A DNA stretch of 12,076 nucleotides from an uncultured Clostridia bacterium (GCA_937907055.1 CALCTW010000131.1:1-12076), one strand, 5' to 3'. Positions 5,810-12,076 are shown, counted from the stretch's first letter. Notes: generated from the letters alone by a model not told the origin. Numbers and translations are program-made.

Positions 5810-6892
5810 ATGCATACACAGGAAGAACGGCTGCAAATGGTGCAGGAACTGAGCGATGCCTTTGGCCCTTCGGGATTTGAAGACGATGTGCTGCTGGTGG
5901 CGCGGAAGTGGGCCGAGGGGATCGGAAGGATCGAAGAGGATTCGATGCGCAATCTGTATATCCACCGTAAGGAGAATACCGGGAATAAGCCCGTGCTGAT
6001 GCTGGACGCGCACAGCGATGAAGTGGGCTTTATGGTGCATTCGATCCATAATAACGGCACACTGCGCTTTGTGACGCTGGGCGGCTGGAACCGGATGGCG
6101 CTGGCGAGCGCCGATGTGCTGGTGCGTAACGCGAAGGGCGAATACCTGCCCGGCATCATCGCGGCCAAGCCCGTGCACTTCCAGACCGCGGCGGAAAAGA
6201 ACGGCGGTGTGCCGGAGATCTCTTCCTTTGTGATCGATATCGGCGCGACCTCGAAGGAGGAGGCCGTGAATGATTTTCATATCCGTATTGGCGAGCCGGT
6301 GGTGCCGGCGACCCGTTTCCGTGCGGATGAAAAGCGCGGGCTGCTGTTCGGCAAGGGCTTTGACTGCCGTATCGGCGTGGCGGCGCTGCTGGAAACGCTG
6401 GACCGTCTGCAGGGCGTGGAGCTGCCCTGCGATGTGATCGGCGTGCTGTCCTCGCAGGAGGAAGTGGGCGAGCGAGGCTGCAAGGTATCGGTGAAGCACG
6501 CGAAGCCGGATATCGCTTACGTGTTCGAGGGCTGTCCCGCGGATGATACCTTTACCGAGCCCTACGCCATCCAGACCGCGCTGCGCAAGGGCCCCATGCT
6601 GCGCTTTATGGATGTGTCGGTCATCATCAACCCGCGCTATCAGCGCTTTGTGCTGGATCTGGCGGAGCAAAAGGGCATTCCGGCGCAGGCCAGCGTGCGC
6701 GAGGGCGGCGGCAATGACGCGGCGATCATCCAGAGCGCGCTGGAGGGCACGCCTGCCGTGGTGGCCGGGGTGCCGGTGCGCTATATCCACTCCATGAACT
6801 GCATTACCACACTGGAGGACCTGGAATACAGCGTGCGGCTGGCGGTGGAGACCGCGAAGGCGCTCACGCCGGATGTGATCGGGCGCTTCTGA
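5810..6892 (+). CDS. M42-family metallo-aminopeptidase (glutamyl aminopeptidase / FrvX / YsdC-like)
   Basis: Motifs LDAHSDEVGFMVHSI, GGWN, QEEVGERG and the C-terminal pattern match the M42 peptidase family. I prefer the start at ATG 5810, 6 nt after AGGAGG (5799-5803); ATG 5804 is also possible. The ORF-track start at 5696 adds a lysine-rich extension with no good RBS. Confidence 0.85.
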   Translation: MHTQEERLQMVQELSDAFGPSGFEDDVLLVARKWAEGIGRIEEDSMRNLYIHRKENTGNKPVLMLDAHSDEVGFMVHSIHNNGTLRFVTLGGWNRMALASADVLVRNAKGEYLPGIIAAKPVHFQTAAEKNGGVPEISSFVIDIGATSKEEAVNDFHIRIGEPVVPATRFRADEKRGLLFGKGFDCRIGVAALLETLDRLQGVELPCDVIGVLSSQEEVGERGCKVSVKHAKPDIAYVFEGCPADDTFTEPYAIQTALRKGPMLRFMDVSVIINPRYQRFVLDLAEQKGIPAQASVREGGGNDAAIIQSALEGTPAVVAGVPVRYIHSMNCITTLEDLEYSVRLAVETAKALTPDVIGRF

Positions 6893-6953
6893 AACGCGGA
6901 GCATAAATGAATACAGGCCGCCGGACGCGTATCCGGCAAGGGCGGCAGAAGAC

Positions 6954-6982
6954 AGCACAGCCGAAAACGGCTGTGCTTTTTG
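6954..6982 (+). terminator. Rho-independent terminator
   Basis: AGCACAGCCG (6954-6963), an AAAA loop, CGGCTGTGCT (6968-6977), then TTTTT (6978-6982). A second GC-rich hairpin (GCCGCC...GGCGGC, about 6918-6946) lies just upstream. Confidence 0.85.
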
Positions 6983-7188
6983 CGTTAAAAACACACGAAG
7001 GGACGGCGACGGAGGGGAGAATTAATAAACGAAAATGAAAAGAGATTAAATGATGGTTGTACGAAAGAGAAGGGTTACTGAGATTATATTCCGCGGGGAA
7101 ATGGTCTATCATAAGCACTGTCAGGAGGAACAAGGAACCGACTGACAGAGAAAAAAAGAGAACGCCCAAAGGGCAGGAGGAAATGAAA

Positions 7189-7428
7189 ATGAAGACTCAG
7201 ATGAACGAAATGGAACTGAACATGGTGAACGGCGGTATCGAGATGGAAGATGTGATGGACCTTGCGAACCAGGTGGCCGTGGTGGTAGACAAAGCGATCA
7301 AGGGTGTGAACAGCGCGATGCTGCCGGATCACGTGATGATCAACGCGTGCGCCGCCGGTGAGGAAGCCCCCGGAACATTCCTGCCGGGTCTGGTGATCGA
7401 TGGCGGAAGGATGCGCGCCGGCCGCTGA
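7189..7428 (+). CDS. 79-aa peptide precursor with an N-terminal double-glycine (GG) leader; predicted 63-aa acidic core
   Basis: ATG 7189 lies 8 nt after GGAGG (7176-7180). The leader is MKTQMNEMELNMVNGG, with predicted cleavage after nt 7236. It has Val at -4, Leu at -7, Glu at -8 and Met at -12, matching the class II bacteriocin/peptide-pheromone GG-leader consensus. The longer ORF-track start at 7057 has no RBS. Confidence 0.6.
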   Translation: MKTQMNEMELNMVNGGIEMEDVMDLANQVAVVVDKAIKGVNSAMLPDHVMINACAAGEEAPGTFLPGLVIDGGRMRAGR

Positions 7429-7657
7429 GCAAAACGGGAAAGACTGAACAAAACGACAGACCGCGCGGAGATGAGCGCGGAAGATACAAAGCATAACGAA
7501 AGAAAAAAAGACGTGTGCCGGGAACGGCAGAAAGGAAAATGTGGAGAAGATCTTTGAGTACGCGGGACGCTGAGACCGGGAAAGCGTGAAGATGAAAAAA
7601 ACGAGATGAGAAAAAATAAGAAGATCAGATCAGGCGCGGAATGGACGCGCGAAAATG

Positions 7658-7693
7658 AAAAGAGGCATCGCTGAAAAGCGGTGCCTCTTTTTG
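7658..7693. terminator. Bidirectional rho-independent terminator shared by the convergent genes
   Basis: GAGGCATCGC (7662-7671) pairs with GCGGTGCCTC (7678-7687), including one G-U pair, around a TGAAAA loop. It is flanked by an A-run (7658-7661) and a T-run (7688-7692), so either strand reads as a stem followed by Us. Confidence 0.75.
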
Positions 7694-7740
7694 ATGGGAA
7701 CGGACACGCCGGGAAAAGACCTGAGGCGCGCCGGGGAAGA

Positions 7741-8967
7741 TCAGTTGTCCTTGCGCTTGCGCAGGAGGTATTCGTCCAGATCGTTCTTGACCTTGTCCGG
7801 CATGGCGCGGCCGACCGGGAAGACCTTCGCGGAGGCCAGACAGGCGGTGAAGGCGGCGGCAAAATCGATATCACGGGCAAGCTGATCCGCCGAGAGGACA
7901 GCGATGGTGTCGTAGCGGTTGTGGATGGTGGACTGGCTGGGCGGCGTGACACGGGCAAAGGAGAGCGCGGGAACACCGGCATCAGCGAAGGGGGTGGAAT
8001 CGGAGGAATAGACGCCGGTGCGCACCTTGATGCCGAAGCCCTCGAGCGCGGCGAAGTATTCGATGAAGTGATTGAGGCGTTCTTCGGCGGAAACACAGGC
8101 GATGAAGCGGCCCATGATGGTGCCGACCATATCGAAGTTGATATTGAGCATGAAACGGGAAAGCTCCGCCTCATGATCGCGCACATAGGCCTTGGAGCCG
8201 AGCAGGCCGCGCTCCTCACTGCCGCAGAAGACGAAGCGCAGACCGTAGGTGAGCTTCCTGTCCTTCAGGGCTTCCATGATGCCGAGGAGGGCGACACAGC
8301 CGGTCATGTTATCATAGCTGCCGACGGAGAGCGGAACGGTATCATAGTGCGCGGTAAGGACGATGTATTCATCCTTCTCGCCGGGGATCTCGGCCACGAC
8401 ATTGTGGGATTCGCCGTCCCATTCTTCATTGGCAATCTCGATGCGGACAGTCTTGGGCGCCATGGCGACCAGTTTGGCCGCGGTGCGGGCATGAACATTG
8501 ACGCCCGGCAGCTTTTTGCCGCAGGAGACCACGGGACGAAGCTCCTTGATGTCGATATCATTATCGGGGAGGAAGACGGAGCCGTTGTAGGTGATGAAGC
8601 CAACCGCGCCCTTTTCGTAAAGATCCTGGAAGAGGAAGTGGGTCATGCCGGTATCGACCATGACGATCTTGCCCTTGACATCCGCCATGGAGACGGGATC
8701 GGTGGAGGGGAGATAATAGAACGGGGCTTCGACCGCGGCATCCCCGCAGAGGGCATAGCCGGTGCAGACGACCTCCTCACCGTCAGCGGTGCAGGAAACT
8801 TTGGTGACGCGGCCCATGGTGACGGGGAAGGCTTCCAGATGAGCGGACACGCCCATTTCGGCGCAGCGATCCAGCAGATAGTTGGCGGCGCGCAGTTCTT
8901 CTTCGGTGCCGGAGGTGTGGACATAGGCGGTGTCATTCAGGACACGCATGATCTGTTCTTTTTTCAT
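7741..8967 (-). CDS. M28-family metallo-aminopeptidase with an inserted PA (protease-associated) domain
   Basis: 408 aa. Motifs LTAHYDTV, DNMTGCVALL, CGSEERGLLGS, NFDM and HNRYD fit the M28 zinc ligands and catalytic residues. The segment KGKIVMVD...GAVGFI is PA-domain-like. There is no signal peptide. RBS AAAGGA lies upstream of the ATG at 8967. Confidence 0.85.
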   Translation of the reverse strand: MKKEQIMRVLNDTAYVHTSGTEEELRAANYLLDRCAEMGVSAHLEAFPVTMGRVTKVSCTADGEEVVCTGYALCGDAAVEAPFYYLPSTDPVSMADVKGKIVMVDTGMTHFLFQDLYEKGAVGFITYNGSVFLPDNDIDIKELRPVVSCGKKLPGVNVHARTAAKLVAMAPKTVRIEIANEEWDGESHNVVAEIPGEKDEYIVLTAHYDTVPLSVGSYDNMTGCVALLGIMEALKDRKLTYGLRFVFCGSEERGLLGSKAYVRDHEAELSRFMLNINFDMVGTIMGRFIACVSAEERLNHFIEYFAALEGFGIKVRTGVYSSDSTPFADAGVPALSFARVTPPSQSTIHNRYDTIAVLSADQLARDIDFAAAFTACLASAKVFPVGRAMPDKVKNDLDEYLLRKRKDN

Positions 8968-9000
8968 GGATAAAAGATCCTTTCAATAAATGCTGAGGAT

Positions 9001-9029
9001 ATTATAGTACGAAACTTCCGTAAAAACAA
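9001..9029 (-). promoter_or_regulatory. Sigma-A promoter for the M28 gene (minus strand)
   Basis: Read on the minus strand: TTGTTT (complement of 9024-9029), a 17-nt spacer, then TATAAT (complement of 9001-9006). Confidence 0.6.
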
Positions 9030-9190
9030 CCCGTGCGGACACGGACGCGGCCGGATCAGGGCACTTTCCGGCCAAGATCCCGCCGCCCGGCGCGGACGGA
9101 GGAGAAAAACGACGGAGAACGGAGGAACGGGGCAGGAAACACGCGGCGAAAACGGTATAAAGAGGCAAAATGTTACGAAATGATTAAATC

Positions 9191-9279
9191 AGGTCACTTG
9201 AGGTTCTATAAAGGTTCGAAAAGGTTATAAAGAGGATCGAAAAGGTTCGTTCAGGTTCGTAAATATCCATTGCAGGTCA
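9191..9279 (+). repeat. Eight helically phased AGGTYM hexamers (consensus AAAGGTTCG) upstream of and overlapping the ridA promoter
   Basis: Hexamer starts: AGGTCA 9191, AGGTTC 9201, AGGTTC 9212, AGGTTA 9222, AGGATC 9233, AGGTTC 9243, AGGTTC 9253, AGGTCA 9274. Spacings are 10, 11, 10, 11, 10, 10 and 21 nt, about 10.4 nt per step, with one position skipped. A-tracts between the hexamers are phased the same way. Confidence 0.75.
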
Positions 9280-9298
9280 CATGCAAATGTGTTATGGT
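9270..9298 (+). promoter_or_regulatory. Putative sigma-A promoter for ridA (extended -10)
   Basis: TTGCAG (9270-9275), a 17-nt spacer, then TGt-TATGGT (TATGGT at 9293-9298). An imperfect inverted repeat, CATTGCA...TGCAAATG, spans the spacer. Confidence 0.45.
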
Positions 9299-9326
9299 GT
9301 ACGCGTAAAGAAACACAGGGAGGACA

Positions 9327-9704
9327 ATGACGATGAACAAGATCATGACAGACAAAGCACCCGCGGCGATCGGCCCCTACAGCCAGGGATATGAGGCAGG
9401 CGGCCTGGTGATCACGAGCGGACAGATCCCCGTGGATCCCGCGACCGGAATGATGCCGGAGGGCATTGAGGCCCAGGCGGAACAGAGCTGCAAGAATGTG
9501 CAGGCGATCCTGGCGGCTGCCGGACTGACCATGGACAGCGTGATCAAGACGACCTGCTTCCTGGCGGATATCAGCGATTTTGCCGCGTTCAACGCGGTGT
9601 ACGCGAAGTATTTCACTTCCTGCCCCGCGCGCAGCTGCGTGGCGGTGAAGGATATCCCCAAGGGCGCGAAGTGCGAGATCGAAGCCATCGCGGTGAAGGG
9701 ATAA
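9327..9704 (+). CDS. ridA: RidA-family (YjgF/YER057c/UK114) reactive enamine/imine deaminase
   Basis: TDKAPAAIGPYSQG...GQIP...IKTTCFL.D...F..N.VY..YF....PARS.V.V..LP.GA..EIE is the classic RidA signature. An alternative start at ATG 9333 has better spacing (9 nt) from GGGAGG (9318-9323). Confidence 0.9.
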   Translation: MTMNKIMTDKAPAAIGPYSQGYEAGGLVITSGQIPVDPATGMMPEGIEAQAEQSCKNVQAILAAAGLTMDSVIKTTCFLADISDFAAFNAVYAKYFTSCPARSCVAVKDIPKGAKCEIEAIAVKG

Positions 9705-9767
9705 AATTTTTCAGAGAGACAGCGCGCCGCGCTGCTGAAAAGACACGGGGCGGCGCGGAAAACAAAG

Positions 9768-9800
9768 AAAAGGAAGCAGGGAAAGCCGGCTTCCTTTTTT
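9768..9800 (+). terminator. Rho-independent terminator after ridA
   Basis: GGAAGC (9772-9777) pairs with GCTTCC (9789-9794), with an extra GG/CC pair around a GAAAG loop. An A-run lies upstream and TTTTTT follows at 9795-9800. Confidence 0.7.
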
Positions 9801-11097
9801 GATGCGGGAAAGGGATGAGAAGAGCGGAGAGATGAGCGAAGCAAAGGGGAAGAAGCGCGGCGCGGCAGGGTATGCCGAGCAGGCCGGGCTGAAGACGGGC
9901 GAGCTGCTGCAGCTGGCAAAGGCGCTGGGCTATACAAGGCTGACCGCGGTGCATGAAAAATGGATGCTGCAGATGGTGTACGGGCAGCGGGACATGACGC
10001 TGCAGGCGCACCGCGGCAGCTATAAGACGACATGCCTCTGCGTGGCGCTGGCGGTGATGATGACGGAGATGGGCGGAAAGAACATTCTGTTCATGCGGAA
10101 GACGGACGGCGATGTGGCCGAGGTGCTGCGGCAGGTGAGCGGGATATTGAAGCATGAGGCCATGCGGGCGTGGTGTGAAAGGCGGACAGGGAAGGAACTG
10201 AAGGTGATCCGCGCGACGACCTGTGAGATCTCGACCGGGATGTATACGGCCCCGCGCGGCGCGCCGCAGCTGCTGGGCATGGGAACGGGCGGCAGCCTGA
10301 CCGGCAAGCACGCGGATGTGATCGTGACGGATGACATCGTGAACCTGAAGGACCGCCTGAGCCGGGCGGAAAGAGAGCATACGAAAAGCATATACCGCGA
10401 GCTGCAGAATATCCGCAACCGGGGCGGAAGGATTATCAATACGGGAACACCGTGGCACCGGGACGACTGCTTTTCGCTGATGCCGAAGGCGCTGAAGTAT
10501 GACTACAGGAAAACGAAGCTGATCAGCCGGCGAGAGGCGGCGGAGCTGCGCAGGGCGATGACACCGGGGCTGTTTGCCGCGAACTATGAGCTGCGACATA
10601 TCGCGGAGGAGAACGCGCTGTTCGGGGAGATGCCGGCGATGTTTGACGATGAGGAGCTGCTGCGGGACGGCATCGCGCATATCGACGCGGCCTACGGCGG
10701 CGGAGACTGCACCGCGCTGACCTGCATGAGCCGGATCGGGGATGAGATCTATGTGTACGGACGGCTGTGGCATTGTCATGTGGACGCGGCGCTGAACGCG
10801 ATATTGAATGAATGCGACCGGATGCTGTGCCAGCCGGTGTGGTGCGAAACAAACGCGGATAAGGGTTTCCTGGCGCGGGAGATTCGGGAAAAGGGATACG
10901 CGGCGCGGATGTATCATGAGAGTCAGAACAAGTATTACAAGATATCCACCTTCCTGCGGAAGTGGTGGGGGAATATAAGATTCTATGAGGAGACGGACGC
11001 GGAGTATCTGGAGCAGATCGCGGAGTATTCGGAGGAGGCGGAAGCGGATGACGCGCCGGACAGCTGCGCGACGGCGCTGCGCATCCTGACAAGGTGA
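9799..11097 (+). CDS. terL: Phage terminase large subunit (TerL)-like protein: ATPase plus RNase H-like nuclease domains; start codon uncertain
   Basis: Walker A-like HRGSYKTT (10012-10032). Walker B DVIVTDD (10315-10335). Coupling motif TGTPWHRDD (10441-10467). Nuclease acidic residues in HIDAAYGGGD (from 10681), CETNADKG (Glu at 10846) and ADDAPDSCATAL (11047-11061). Candidate starts are TTG 9799, ATG 9802 and ATG 9832; none has a well-spaced SD. Confidence 0.8.
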   Translation: MMRERDEKSGEMSEAKGKKRGAAGYAEQAGLKTGELLQLAKALGYTRLTAVHEKWMLQMVYGQRDMTLQAHRGSYKTTCLCVALAVMMTEMGGKNILFMRKTDGDVAEVLRQVSGILKHEAMRAWCERRTGKELKVIRATTCEISTGMYTAPRGAPQLLGMGTGGSLTGKHADVIVTDDIVNLKDRLSRAEREHTKSIYRELQNIRNRGGRIINTGTPWHRDDCFSLMPKALKYDYRKTKLISRREAAELRRAMTPGLFAANYELRHIAEENALFGEMPAMFDDEELLRDGIAHIDAAYGGGDCTALTCMSRIGDEIYVYGRLWHCHVDAALNAILNECDRMLCQPVWCETNADKGFLAREIREKGYAARMYHESQNKYYKISTFLRKWWGNIRFYEETDAEYLEQIAEYSEEAEADDAPDSCATALRILTR

Positions 11098-11176
11098 GGG
11101 GAGCGGCAAAAGGGTGTTTTGAAAGTGTTTTTTCAGAGGCGGAAGAGGCGTTGGGATAGAAAAGGCGGGCGGAATA

Positions 11177-11185
11177 TGCTAAAAT
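11177..11185 (+). promoter_or_regulatory. Possible extended -10 element (TGcTAAAAT) for the HD gene
   Basis: TGCTAAAAT lies about 48 nt upstream of ATG 11233. There is no convincing -35 at 17 nt. Confidence 0.3.
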
Positions 11186-11232
11186 ATGCCGTGGATGAAC
11201 CGAAACACAGAAAATAAGCGAGGAAAAAAGAT

Positions 11233-11799
11233 ATGGAGTGCATTGCACGGGAAAAAGCCTGGGAACTGCTGAAAAAATACAATCAGGATCCTTTTCATCT
11301 GCGTCACGCGCTGACGGTGGAGGCCGTGATGGGCTGGTACGCCGAAGCGCTGGGCTATGAAGCGGATAAGGACTTCTGGAGCACGGTGGGCCTGCTGCAT
11401 GATGTGGATTTTGAAAACTGGCCGGAGCAGCACTGCGTGAAGGCACCGGAGCTGCTGCAGGAGATCGGCGCATCGGATGAGCTGATCCATGCGGTCTGCT
11501 CCCACGGATACGGCCTCTGCTGCGATGTTGAGCCGGTGCATCCGATGGAAAAGATCCTTTTCACGGTGGATGAGCTGACAGGCCTGATTGGCGCCGCGGC
11601 GCTGATGCGCCCGTCAAAGAGCACGAAGGATATGGAAGTTTCCAGCCTGAAAAAGAAGTTTAAAGACAAAAAGTTTGCGGCAGGCTGTTCAAGAGAAGTA
11701 ATTGAGAGAGGCGCAAACCAGCTCGGTTGGGAATTGGACAAGCTTCTTACAATGACATTGTCAGCAATGCAGGCTGTCGAAGACGAGATTCAAGTATAA
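11233..11799 (+). CDS. HD-domain metal-dependent phosphohydrolase (COG2316-like small HD protein)
   Basis: 188 aa. The pattern H(LRH)ALTVEAVM ... GLLHDVDF ... HAVCSHGYG is the H...HD...H pattern of small Firmicute HD-superfamily hydrolases. RBS GAGGAAAAAAGAT lies before the ATG. Confidence 0.85.
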   Translation: MECIAREKAWELLKKYNQDPFHLRHALTVEAVMGWYAEALGYEADKDFWSTVGLLHDVDFENWPEQHCVKAPELLQEIGASDELIHAVCSHGYGLCCDVEPVHPMEKILFTVDELTGLIGAAALMRPSKSTKDMEVSSLKKKFKDKKFAAGCSREVIERGANQLGWELDKLLTMTLSAMQAVEDEIQV

Positions 11800-11803
11800 G
11801 CTC

Positions 11804-12076
11804 GTGAAAGAATCTTATTACAACATTTTCAATCGGTGCTTTCCTGATATGAAGCTATCCTATAAACGCTTCGTTGATTTGCTGCACACCGATAAATGCG
11901 TCTATTTTGAAAGCTTTGATTGTGAAGAACTTTCTGCTTTTGCTATTGTCGAAGACTTTGCTATCCGCCTGATATGCGTTACTCCCTCAAAACAAGGGCA
12001 GGGTATAGGTACAAAGCTTGTATCTGATGTTGAAGAATATGCCAGAAATAAAGGCTATGACAAGCTATTAACTGGT
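11804..12076 (+). CDS. GNAT-family N-acetyltransferase, 5' fragment (runs off the window)
   Basis: Frame 2 is open from 11756 to the window end. It is absent from the ORF track because it has no stop. Translation: VKESYYNIFNRCFPDMKLSYKRFVDLLHTDKCVYFESFDCEELSAFAIVEDFAIRLICVTPSKQGQGIGTKLVSDVEEYARNKGYDKLLTG. It contains the acetyl-CoA motif A (QGQGIG). The start is either GTG 11804 or ATG 11849; neither has a clear RBS. Confidence 0.65.
   Translation, partial: MKESYYNIFNRCFPDMKLSYKRFVDLLHTDKCVYFESFDCEELSAFAIVEDFAIRLICVTPSKQGQGIGTKLVSDVEEYARNKGYDKLLTG

Noticed and set aside
5633-6994. 453-aa minus-strand ORF opposite the M42 gene
   Set aside because: A shadow frame of a motif-supported gene. 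The composition is R/H/A/L-rich with no recognisable domain.
7057-7188. Longer 123-aa version of the GG-leader peptide ORF
   Set aside because: There is no RBS at 7057. The extension would bury the GG leader 44 residues into the protein, and GGAGG is optimally placed for ATG 7189.
7681-8973. 430-aa + strand ORF, and the 296-aa minus ORF at 7329-8219, overlapping the M28 gene
   Set aside because: The M28 reading frame (7741-8967, minus strand) carries the full set of M28 metal-ligand motifs. The alternatives are G/D/A-rich or P/S/R-rich shadows.
9033-9230. 65-aa Arg-rich ORF in the M28/ridA divergent intergenic region
   Set aside because: It has a non-ATG start with no RBS, and its extreme R/K/G composition comes from purine-rich DNA. 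It also overlaps the phased repeat array, which is better explained as a DNA-level element.
9705-9760. Palindrome CAGCGCG-C-CGCGCTG flanked by TTTTCAG...CTGAAAA, just after ridA
   Set aside because: It forms a hairpin but is not followed by a U-tract on either strand. The functional terminator is more likely the downstream hairpin at 9768-9800. I record it only as a possible accessory stem.
9613-11109. 498-aa minus-strand ORF (and the 316-aa minus ORF at 10523-11473) opposite the terminase gene
   Set aside because: Shadow frames of the TerL gene in GC-rich DNA. The sequence is R/P/H-rich with no motifs.
1-12076. Search by eye for CRISPR arrays, tRNA/rRNA genes, IS elements or transposases, integrases, toxin-antitoxin pairs and known defence genes
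   Set aside because: I saw no regularly spaced 25-40 nt repeats, no cloverleaf-like or rRNA-like segments, and no recombinase-like ORFs. This absence is by inspection only and should be confirmed with tRNAscan-SE, Infernal, ISfinder and DefenseFinder.

Overview
This looks like a chromosomal segment from a Gram-positive, Clostridia-like organism. The evidence is GGAGG Shine-Dalgarno sites, TTGACA/TATAAT promoters and hairpin plus U-tract terminators; the organism call is a guess. All but one gene lies on the + strand.

Gene order:
- 3' end of a small membrane zinc-ribbon protein, overlapping (ATGA) a YhfC-type intramembrane protease
- a roughly 290-nt structured spacer ending in a terminator
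- a GNAT acetyltransferase
- three paralogous secreted/lipoprotein genes sharing a domain I cannot name; the first is fused to a TlpA-like thioredoxin (WCGPC), and the array is split by a lower-GC secreted-protein cassette with its own consensus promoter and terminator
- an M42 aminopeptidase
- a 79-aa peptide with a textbook double-glycine leader
- a convergent M28/PA-domain aminopeptidase (- strand)
- RidA
- a complete-looking but orphan phage terminase large subunit
- an HD-domain hydrolase
- the 5' part of a second GNAT

Composition is mosaic. A GC-rich core (about nt 1300-11690) is flanked and interrupted by lower-GC DNA, and one breakpoint appears to fall inside the 3' end of the HD gene.

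Most worth follow-up:
- the unnamed FEHKYEHP...LHGTEDLE domain family and its thioredoxin fusion
- the orphan GG-leader peptide
- the orphan TerL sitting directly behind a terminator
- eight helically phased AGGTYM repeats running into the ridA promoter

I saw no rRNA, tRNA, CRISPR array, transposase or integrase. All family calls rest on motif recognition by eye; no searches were run.
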